In this document: positions 27,865-39,279 of the stretch, in pieces | How positions within the stretch are numbered: position 1 is the stretch's first letter | How the letters are laid out: each line of letters opens with the position of its first letter | Assembly (NCBI RefSeq): GCF_006345805.1 | Contig: NC_043003.1 | Location: forward strand, 36,146,001 to 36,210,000 | Reading direction: 5' to 3' | DNA length: 64,000 bases | Source: Octopus sinensis | Lineage: Eukaryota | The notes under the pieces: generated by a model | What the model saw: the letters and a program-made list of their open reading frames with translations, nothing else | What the model was told of the DNA's origin: nothing | Databases searched by the model: none | Position numbers and translations under genes: made by a program

Positions 27865-30800
27865 ATGGAAAAAATAAATTTCGAGTTTTCCCCTAAAAAA
27901 AAATAAATTTCGAGTTTTCCCCTAAAGACATCCCCCTCCATAGTAAAGATGAGTATTATTGGCTACTCATTCACAGGATAAACGATTTCATTAGAAGGAT
28001 TAGATGGAGAACATACCACTTCGATATCAAACATAGAAAGAATACGAAACGAAGGATTACTAATAAGAAGTTCGAAGGAATATTTAGAAGCAGGAAGAGC
28101 CCACCTCCAAATCCACTCCTTGATAATTTTGAAAAAGACCTACTCAACCTCATAGAAAGAATTAAATTCAAGGATCACCCGTTAAGATATAATCACCACC
28201 TCAAGCATCTCAGTAAATTTATAAAATCAACCCGAAACAAGAAAGGAATTTTAGTACCAGCTGACAAAACGGGCAATTTTTATAGAGTAGACTATTCACT
28301 CTACAGCATTCTAATTAACAAGGAGCTTAACTCCAAATACAAAACTACTACCAAAAGAAAATTGAAAGAAACTAACTTAGAAATGAAAGCTATTATGGAA
28401 AAATATGATCTAGCAGACAGAACTGAACCAATTGTACCATGCGAAACTAGGATTAATCTTAAGGACCATAAAAAGAATTTCCTGGAAAACCCGTCGGTAA
28501 GACTTATTTGCCCAACTAAGTCGGATATTGGCCGACTTAGTAAATCTATCCTAGATAATATCTTACCCCAAATAACCCCACTTCTTCCCTTAAGCCTGTG
28601 GATAAATACCGATGAGGTCCTTAAATGGTTTAATTCCCTAACTAATACGAATAATTTAGCCTTCATTCAATTCGATATAAATAACTACTACTCTAGCATT
28701 TCCCCTATCCTACTAAATAAATCGCTTATATTCGCGATGAATCGCTCCCTCATATCTAGAGAAGAAATAGACATTATACTTTTAGCTAGAAAAACATTTA
28801 TTGAATTTGAGAGAAAATTATGGACCAGAGCTGATACCCCTAACTTTTTCGATATTCTTATGGGCTCAAGTGATTCGGCTGAGGTAACCAATTTAGTAGG
28901 AGCATATCTACTGAAATGCATTAATAAAGAGATCCGTGAATTGCAAGGTGGTCTATATAGAGATGATGCTTTGTTTGTTGTAAATACCAATAATAAATCA
29001 CACATAGAAAGAATTAAAAAGAAGATTAATAGATTCTTTAAAGATTTCAACCTTAGCATAACCTATGAACCAAACATTAAAATAGCTAATTTTCTAGATA
29101 TTACTTTAGACCTTAACTCCAAACTACATTATCCATTTAGAAAGGAAGGAGAAATCACTAGTTACGTAAATAAATTATCTAATCATCCCCCAAATATAAT
29201 AAATTCCTTAGTTAGAAATATTTCCATAAGAATATCCAAATTATCATCTAATTTTAATATATTTAACTCACACTCAGGACATTATAATGAGGCGTTATCT
29301 AGAGCAGGATATAACCAGAAAATTACTTTTGAAGATACGGAAAACCTAGGAACTCATCATAATAATTTAAGTAAATTAAACAGCAATAACCACATAAATA
29401 ACAAAAATGATCAAGTCGAAAAGATACATAGATGTGGATCTAATACGACATCTAATCGTAATGATAAGTATAAGGATAAATACATAGACCATAACACAGA
29501 TAGCCCTGATAAGACAACCTTAAATAAAATTAAAATTAAGAAACGCACTATTAGTAACATAGACAACAACAATGACCATACCAGAAAGGATAGTAGAAAT
29601 AGATTTACAACGGCAAAGTACCCTAATGATTAATATTAATAAAAACATAACAGAGAATACTTATAATAAGGGTAAAATAAACTTGGATAAAACTAGCAAA
29701 CATGCTAACAGGAACATTAATAAATACAAAGAATCTGATGATGGGACGATTAATTCTAATAACCCTAACTCTAGTGGGAAAAATTCTAGCAGCCCTAACT
29801 CTAATTCTAAGAAATTTAATAAGAAAGACATAATATGGCTAAACATCCCTTTTAACTGTGCGGTTTCATCAGATATTCAGGGTAGATTCAAAGCAATTCT
29901 AGAAAATAATTTCCCATCCTCTCATAGATATCATAAAATTATTTCTAAAAAAAACAGTCAGAATTTCTTATTCAACTCTCCCAAATATGTCCACTTTAAT
30001 AGCTAAGATCAATAATAATAACATAAAACTAGCCAGAAATAATTTAATAAATAAAAATAAAAATACAACGGAAAATTGTAATAACAGTACGAAAAGTAAT
30101 AATTGCAACAATAATAACAATAATAACAATAATGAATGTCATAAAATAAATATAACCAAAAGCCATGGAATTGTTAATAACAATAATAACATAAATAGGA
30201 ATGATTATGTTAGTAATAGGAATAATACCATGAATGTAAGTACAGTGAATGAGAGTAACAACATTATCAGCAACAACACTACACATCTGGATAACAATAT
30301 CGACAACAATACTAATAGCATCAACAATATCAGCAATGATAGTAGAGTTATAGAACCAAACGATAGTGTAGGAATACCGACAAATGATAATACTACTTTA
30401 GAAGATAACATCAACTGCAATAATGATAACATTATTTTAGATAGCAGCACCAATAATAATAATAATAATGAAAGTAGGGCTTTAGAACCAAATGAAAATG
30501 TAAGAATACCTATAAATGGTAATACTGTTTTAGATAATAATATTAACTACAATAATGATAGAGTTTTTTTAGATAATAACAATAATCAAAATCATGATAA
30601 ATTTACCCGCTCTGCTTCGAGCAACAGTAATATAAGACTTCTATCCTCAAGGTATTCCACCTCTAATTATAATGCCCCTATATGTAACTGCAGAATTAAA
30701 TCAAAATGCCCGGCCCCTGATTTATGCGGGTTAATTAACATAATCTATAAGTGCTCCGTAACCACAGATAATAATAAGTTCTCTTATGTTGGATGCACTG

Positions 30801-31108
30801 TAAATTTTAAACAGAGATTGAATAACCATCTCTCATCTTTTAAATTACGTCATAAGGCTGATAGCACTACTCTTTCTAGTAAAATTTGGGAACTAAAAAA
30901 CAATAATATCAAATATAACCTTAATTGGGAATTAGTCAGAAGAGCAAAACCCGATAAAAATAGCAGAGTAGGCTGCCAACTTTGCTCCATGGAAGCATTT
31001 GAAATACTAATGTATAGAAATAATGGAGAAATTCAATTAAACAGCAGAATTGAACTTTGAAAGTCTTGTATACATGTTCGGTTTAAAACTCTTAAATATT
31101 TTAAATGA
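27865..31108 (+). pseudogene. PLE RT/GIY-YIG polyprotein, about 1070 codons reconstructed
   Basis: MEKINFEFSPKDIP..Y..LI.RI..FIRRIRWR; PADKTGN; QFDINNYYSSI; ILMGS; LYRDD; IIWLNIPF; CNCRIKSKCP..C; IIY..YVG; CQLC..E; KSCIH. Lesions: 29-bp duplication at the start, +1 shift between about 29563 and 29633, +1 in the A8 run 29947-29954, TGA at 31058. Confidence 0.9.
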
Positions 31109-32389
31109 TATTTTAAATCATATCTCAATTGATAACTGTATACTGGAATCATTTTACATAAAATTCATTTTGACTTACATATCACTCCTACATAGTATAT
31201 TATATATTTTAACTGGAAAGATAAGTTCTAACTAGCTATGATTATAATTTTTCTCTCTCTGATGGTACTATTTAATACTTATTGACTTAAATTATTTGAT
31301 TTATTTCTATTGGACCATATTATTAATAAATTAAATTTTGCTTTATTTTTATCTCCATTTCTTAGTCTATTTTTATCCCATTACAAATATTAGTTAGTTA
31401 AATCTCTTAATTTCTTTTGAACTTTAAAAATTAATTCTGCTAATCCCAGACCTATCGTAGTGTATTGTGATGTGATATAATATATCTAAATAACTTAATA
31501 TAATATAGTGTAGTGTATTATAGTTTAGTATAATAATAAAATAATTGTTTAATTTCATTTAAAAACATTATGTATGTATTATAGTTTAGTATAATAATAA
31601 TATAATTGTTTAATTTCATTTAAAAACAACCCCATTTTTCTTTCCTTTCTAATGACCTCTTTGTAACCTGACAATCTATTAATAGTAACATTTATAAATA
31701 AAGAAATAAATTGTTGACCTCAGTTCGAATTTTGTTCCAAACAAACTTAGACTTTTTTGTTAGTATCAAATTGTGCCCATCCCCTTAGCTTCCCCTTTCC
31801 TTTCTCATTGACAGCTTAAATAGCAGTAACTGATTAAATTCCTACCCCCTTCCTCCTCTTTCTGTGATTCTTGAAAATCTCATTAACAACCTGAACCACT
31901 ACAATATAAGACTGTCATTTTGCTTCTCATTCGGATTCCTTGATATTTTCGCATGATTGTACCCTAAATCTCTCCACAAAACTGGATTACGAACTATAAG
32001 GACATACACAAATTTTGTAAGTTCAAGACTTTTTCATCGGATCTCCAAAAAATCGAACTTATCTGCGATTCTTGTAAATTTCAATAACAATCTGTTCCTC
32101 TACACGATATGACAGTCACTATGTTTTTACTCAGACTTTCCTCTACATGACATAACAGTCACTTTGCCTCTTACTCGGATTTTCAGAAATTTTGCATGAC
32201 TGTATCCAAAAATTTCTTCATACAACTTGATCAAATATTCAATATGAGCTATATGTAGACATGCATAAATTCTATAGGTTTAAAACCTTTCATCGGATCT
32301 CCATGAATCGAACTTTCTTCAATGCAGTTAATCTTACAACCTCTTTTGTATCTACCCCTTTTGATGTTTGGGAATTCTCTGATATTTTT

Positions 32390-32473
32390 TCGGCTGACGA
32401 GTGCGAGCCATCTGTATTCACTGCATTTTTTGTAGCTTATTAAAGATGTCCTCGTACGAAACGATCGTACCGA
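32390..32473 (+). ncRNA. Type I hammerhead ribozyme (3' pLTR), identical to the 5' copy
   Basis: Same sequence, offset by 4815 bp; predicted cleavage after 32469. Confidence 0.88.
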
Positions 32474-32502
32474 GATTTTAATCCATTCTTGTTGCTTTTT
32501 TT

Positions 32503-32614
<112 letters not shown>

Positions 32615-33841
32615 ATATATATGTATGTACGTATATATGTATGTATATATTATGCTCTGAAATTGTTTATTTTTTGACGGCATAACTTTTTCTCCATGAT
32701 ACAAAGTATAAAAAAGTTAGCAAAAGTGAATTTACGCAGATTTTTTTTATATGCAGTAGATATTATGGTGTAAATTATGTTCAATAACCATAGCATTTTC
32801 TGTCAATTATATTGTGCAATTTCTCATCAACGCATGCACAATATGTAATTTCACAAGTCTTGTATTACAGATGTTTGTAAAGTAGACTAAATATCGCATA
32901 GTAATTTCGTGCCATATTCAGAGTTTAAAAACTGTGTCTTTTACTATATTTTATGTAAAATCATGATTACATAGATAAACATTATTCAAATAAGATAGCA
33001 ATTTGCATATTAGTTCACTGTATAACTATCTTATAATTCAATTTAATACAAAAATAGTTTAACCTATCATAAATAATTTACTATCAAATACAATCACCAG
33101 CTACATCTTTCAGAAGTTTTTGACTCGTAAAAATATGGATTTATAATTGGAAAAATGCAAATAGATTCTGGTCATTGAACAATAGTTACGAAGTATATGA
33201 GCACTTGGGATATCAGTATACTAAGAGCATATAACATGAATTTAAGAATGTATGCCATAATTATTGCAGTCGATTACTTCTGAAAAATCAAAATATTTAA
33301 ATTCTTAAAAAAGTACATAATTGCCACAAGGAATTTGGTTGCATCTATGTACATAAAGAAAATTCTATTAACTAAAATAGTTTTCTTATAAGTTGTTGAA
33401 ATATAACTTCACTTTGTTACACAAATTCATGCCACTGGCAATATTTTGTAACATTGTTTTAGTTTCTTTTAACTCAAATCATGCAAACTGTCCTTGCCTC
33501 AAACTGTTCTGTATATATGTTCAGAGAATTGAATGCCACTGTTATGTAAGTGAGGGCAAATCGTGTACGAAAGACAAGGAAATTGCTAATCCACTCATTC
33601 GATATAAAGGTTGGATTCTCATATTTATTATGAATGTTATTTCGTTAAATATTGTTCAGATTTAAAAAGAAGGAAAAACAAAACGCCGGCTTCACGTTCA
33701 AAAGTTCTGAATAGCGATACGTTTTCAATCATTTCTTCAAAATTTTAAATTATCATGCACATCATTCTATATAACTTGAACTAAATTTTATTGTAACTTG
33801 TTACGAAGCACCCTTTAAATAAATTTTATTTATTTAACACA

Positions 33842-33894
<53 letters not shown>

Positions 33895-34109
33895 ACACAC
33901 ACACACACACGTACATACACTAAAGCACATCACAGACACCCATAAACACAGATTCCTATATTTTACATAATATCGAGGTCTCTTTCTTTGTTTTGTTGTC
34001 TTACTATTTTCATCAATAAGTTACCTCCCGTACACCACTATTCTTCTCTAAGGGCTAATACAGCTTATTTTGGTAAATCGCCAGACATCGGTTGAGGACT
34101 CTACACCAC

Positions 34110-34465
34110 AGAAGAACTCAATATAGACGCCTACTACATCGATTATTCTAAGAAAAACATACCTATACCATCAAGGGAATTATATTCTAAGAAACCTTCG
34201 GAGAAAATTACAGACCTTATCAAGGGCATAAGATGGAAAGCTTTCTTTTACAACACGGAAGTGGACACTACAGGAAATATATTTTATGGTATAAAATCTA
34301 AGAAATTCCCTCAAAGATCAAAGACTTGGAAGACTTCGAAGCGGACTAAAAAGCATTTTTCCGATGGCCGCATAACTGAAGAGATGGCGGCGTGGATTTC
34401 CACCTCGGCATCCGAAACTCGGAGTTTTATCATGGCTACCGAATAATTGTTACATATTACATTTA
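34110..34465 (+). mobile_element. Internally deleted second Naiad-type PLE: ORF N-terminus fused to pLTR with decayed hammerhead (34372-34430)
   Basis: DYSKKNIPIPSRELYSKKPSEKITDLIKGIRWKAFF from 34141; then ataa-CUGAAGA-gatg..catcc-GAAA-ctcggag-UU-ttat; ends in (TA)n. Confidence 0.75.
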
Positions 34466-35080
34466 CATATATATATATATATAATGGAACAAAAGGCAAT
34501 ACAGGACAATGAAACAACAGGACAGATAGACGATACAAAGGCGGACAGGAAAAGACAACAGAAGACAGGAAAAAAGGACTGGTCATTCGTGTCCTTGTAT
34601 CGTCAGTCAAGTTACCAGATGTCCTTACAGTTTCAGGCAGTTACACTTGAGACTGTTCTATCAAGTCGCCCACACAAAAAACTAAGCTAAGATCATTAGA
34701 TTTTTTTGTAAGAGAACTAACGAATGTGTGTAACAACAAAGGTAAAAAGAACGGAGAACATGGTACACAATTACAAATACAAACAACAAGAATATAACAA
34801 CAGGTGTCTTTCGACTGAGGACGAATCAAATTGAGCTGGCGTGTATTAAGTGAAAACCTTAAGGCAGGAACATAGGAGATAGACATAAGAGGTTTTGGTG
34901 GTCGGCAGTCAGGCCAAGAAAGCAAGATCATGGCTAGCTGGACGCCGATCACGTGGAAGGCGGAGAGAGGGTTATGGGACTGCAAGATTAGAAAAAATCA
35001 AAGAGACAGAGGGAAAGGTACAGGGTAGATAAACGCGAAGGCAACATATATACATACATATATAATATCTATATATGTAT

Positions 35081-35130
<50 letters not shown>

Positions 35131-35169
35131 TATATACACATATATACATATATATATACACATATATAC

Positions 35170-35253
<84 letters not shown>

Positions 35254-36107
35254 ATATGTATATATATATATACATACATACATACATTCATACACACACA
35301 CGAAGTTAGGCGAGTCCGAGGGGGATTTCAGGATAAATATACAGATCATGGGTAGTAACATACAAGGAAATCTTAATTGTTGTCTCCTTTGTATTAGAGC
35401 AGGGTTGTTTGGAAAGAACTGCGTTCACCATGTATTGCTTAAGTCTTTAATTATTTTATGTTAAAATGATTATGTAAGACCACATTTATAAATATAAATA
35501 GAAACCTCTGGGCACATGCACATCGATACAAAAGATGAACACACACCATGGCCCACACACAGTCCCTCGCATACATACACACATTTACGTAAATAGATAG
35601 ATATAGAAATAGACAGATAGATGCCTTATGCGTTTTGTTTCTATTTGACTGTGAGCACATAATTGTGGTGTTTTACAGATTTTTACTCCAAACGTGGTGC
35701 AGTATTTCTAAATTAATGACTCTATGATGTTGTGAATTCATAAACTTGTATATATATGTATTTTTTCTTTCAACCATGTGGTGTCATGAACATATGCAAT
35801 GTACTTGTCTGTAATTACTGTATTTCGCTGATATATTGCCACAGTTGGTTCCATTTCAGTGGAAATATTTTGAGCCATTATTGTCCTAATCCTTGCAAGT
35901 GTGGTTAAATTCTAGCACACTGTGTCGGCGGACAATTCTACAAGCCGCATTGTATCAATCTGAGTCACGCATATTCTTTGTAAGAATTAAGAATTAAGTT
36001 AAGGGCGCATTTTACATTATTATGGAATACTCAACCACAAACCAGGCCAATTCATTAGGTAAAGTTTTCCCTTAATAAATTAACGAATGTCTTCCCATCG
36101 CTCTTCG

Positions 36108-36306
36108 TGTCGATCTACATTTTCTCCTTTGCGACGAGTAGCTCTGCTCAAAACGTCAGACTCTCTCCTTACATTGAATATCAAGCTAATACATTTCTTG
36201 TGCACGTCCTCACGTTCGTTCTTTTCATTTTGTTATTTGAATTGTTTGAATCAACTCTACATGTGTGTGTGTGTGTGTGTGTGTGAGAGTGTGTAGACAT
36301 AATATA

Positions 36307-36349
<43 letters not shown>

Positions 36350-36550
36350 GTGACCGCGTGTGTATCGTTGGCGATTTTCTTTCTCGGTCTTCCTTTCCTT
36401 GGACCTTTCCTTTTTCTATGTTTCTGACGAAGAGCTCCGCTCGAAACATTAAATCCTCCCCGTTTCTTTCCTTTCCTGAGCGTTCAATAATACTATACTT
36501 ATTCCACGTCCTCGCGTTGTTGTGTTTTCTCTTTGTTCATGTTGGATTAA
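36108..36550 (+). mobile_element. Two tandem short repeats carrying minimal hammerhead-like motifs (pLTR-like), ending in (TA)/(TG)n
   Basis: CTGACGA-A-GAGC-tcc-GCTC-GAAA-c at 36424-36447 and a diverged copy (gacgagtagctctgctcaaaacgtc) near 36140; the 3' part recurs at 42459-42502. Confidence 0.5.
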
Positions 36551-38409
36551 CTATATATATATATATATATATATATAGCCACAGAGAGAGAGAGAGAGAA
36601 AAAGAGAGCAGACAAACAGACATTTACGCACGCAAATACATGCTCTCTATTTTTTATATATGGTGTATTTGATATATTTAGGTGAATATCATATATTCAC
36701 CCAAATAACTAATAACACTGACTCTTCGATGATACGTGCACAACTAGTGAATAGATAAATCCATTTAGTAGAACTAGCATAGTATTGCCTTGGTTCATGT
36801 ACGTTTATTTCATACTGTGTGTATGTATGTGTGTGCGTTGTATGTGTGTGTGTGTTCGTGTGTGTGTGTGTGATCGTAATACTCATGTGTGCTTACGTGA
36901 TAATATATTTGTTTGTATGGGTCTGTCAAGACGTGTATACTTTCAGAATTGAGTTACTATTTCCACGAAAAATGTTTAAAATAAGAAATTTCAAACATTC
37001 GCATTTCTGTTGCAAAACTATTAAATGTAGTCATAAGGAAACAATGACATGCACAGATACCAACCACGAAATTTTATTGAGATGAACATATTAATATTTA
37101 CCGAAGTTCATTAGAAAATACATTTCGTTGTTATAGTTAGCATTTCTCATACACTGCATATATGTCAAGTATTTTTGAGTGGGTTATTGTAACTAAGGAC
37201 GCAAAATATAGAGATTTCGGTACATTTTGCTTTTTTACCTGTAGCGCGAGGAATTACTAAATGTTAAGATAAACTGTGATACCCCTAAATATGTTTTTGT
37301 TCTTCAGGGTTTATTATTTACCAGCTATGAAATTCAGTGAAGATATTCAGAAAACTAAGTTGAAAATTTTGTTTCGTATTATGTTATAATGTAAATATTA
37401 CATTTCATGTTCTGGGTTATTTGCTGTAAAAAGTTTTCTCTATAATTTGATTCGTTAAACGATTAAAGGTTATGCTGTACCAACAAATTACGTTGTATGT
37501 AAGAAGTGAATACTTAGAGGTATATCTGCTTCGCTATAAGGTTTTCTATAGTAACTCTGTATGATATGAATCATTACGTATTGAAGTTATTTTATGATTT
37601 GGTTATAAAAAATATACGACAACTTTTTAATGTAAGAGTTTAGAATTCGTTTAACAAAATATGATACAAAATTATTTTACGATTCTGTATTCAAATTGTG
37701 TATTTTCATCTTTCATGACTCATCATATTTGCCAATATGTTAAAAAAAATATAGACTTCCATGGTATCGGTGTTTTGTGATTATGTTATCAATGTTCACT
37801 ATTTTATGATACAATAGTTTTAGGATTCGCTTTGAAAACAGTCCGTGTTCAATGATACCAATTTCTTTATAGCTTAATGTTTAGAAATATGGTGTGTCAT
37901 GATATAGTTTTTATGTATCGCTCGAACTGAATTCAGTATTTCAAGGTACCAATGTCTTTATGGCTTGGCTTTAAAAATATATAGTGGTGTGGTGATGTCA
38001 TGTTATGACGTGCTTATCAAAGCGTAGGGCACTGTGCTAACAACCATTAATGTTTTGCTTATGGAAACAAATTCTGGCGTCATTTCTCTAATGATTTTGC
38101 TGCAAAATCAGAACTTATCGTGCCAATTCTTTTCAGAAGTTTCTGTTTAAAACACGCGCTCAAAGTTATTCATAATAACTTTTTTCTAATCTAGATACGA
38201 GGTCAGTAATTTTGAAGGGAGATCTACAGTCCATTGCATTCACCATAGTGCTTGATTGGCACTTAATCTCATCAAACCTGCTACAGGATTTGAAATCAAA
38301 ATATTGAATAAAATGCATGAACATTGAAACGGACGATTCTGTCTGTCACCACACAACACTTATAGATAATGATAATAGCATTAATAATGGAATTAATGAT
38401 AAGGAAAAC

Positions 38410-38432
38410 AATAATAATAATAATAATAATAC

Positions 38433-38510
<78 letters not shown>

Positions 38511-38515
38511 CATCA

Positions 38516-38574
<59 letters not shown>

Positions 38575-38620
38575 GTTATTATTGTTATTATTATTATTAT
38601 TATTATTGTTATTGTTGTTA

Positions 38621-38660
<40 letters not shown>

Positions 38661-38662
38661 TT

Positions 38663-38716
<54 letters not shown>
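38410..38716. repeat. About 300-bp (ATT)n/(ATC)n microsatellite
   Basis: Direct reading. Confidence 0.95.
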
Positions 38717-38719
<3 letters not shown>

Positions 38720-39162
38720 GCGGATGGAATTGAACACCACGACAGTACTTGCGGCGAGTGAGAAAAATATTGGCTTCAATATAATTTCAGCAATGAACTC
38801 GCGCGCAGTCGCAGTAGCTCGGTATGACATTGGAATCCTGAAGTGGACGGAGGGGTAGCTAAAAGAGATGGTCTGGAAGTAAAGAAAGATCCTAACGAAT
38901 CATGGCGGGTCATCATTAGCTTGCGGACACTGATCGCTTTTACATGAAGAGAGCAAATGGTGGAAGGAGACTGATAAGTGTGGAAGACTGCGTGTGTTTT
39001 GAACTCTGTATGATATGAATCATTACGTATTGAAGTTTAATGAGATACCTAACCCAAAGTAAAGAAACCTTGCTAGTGACATTTAGGAACGTGTTAGTAT
39101 TGAGAGTAGAGAAAAAAGAGAAAAGAAAAGAAGTACAAAAGGGACATGAAGAAGAATTACGT
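38720..39162 (+). mobile_element. Internal fragment of an R4/Dong-type LINE (post-RT region)
   Basis: YLRRVRKILAS..NIISAMNSRAVAVARYDIGILKW...DTDRFYMKRANGGRRLISVEDCV..E..SLMRYL parallels 4310-4560 of the large element. Confidence 0.8.
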
Positions 39163-39189
39163 GATGGTGATGGTGATGGTGATGATGAT

Positions 39190-39230
<41 letters not shown>

Positions 39231-39279
39231 ATGATGATGATGATGATGATGTATCAAGAAACGTAATATACAATACAGA

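Noticed and set aside
29940-29960. A AAA AAC slippery heptamer as a programmed -1 frameshift in the PLE
   Set aside because: The shift needed is +1, not -1; an extra A in a homopolymer (mutation or sequencing error) is simpler
31200-32300. Candidate SECIS elements (AUGA..AA..GA) in the PLE 3' region
   Set aside because: Candidates near 31650 and 31950 did not form a proper helix II by eye; needs SECISearch
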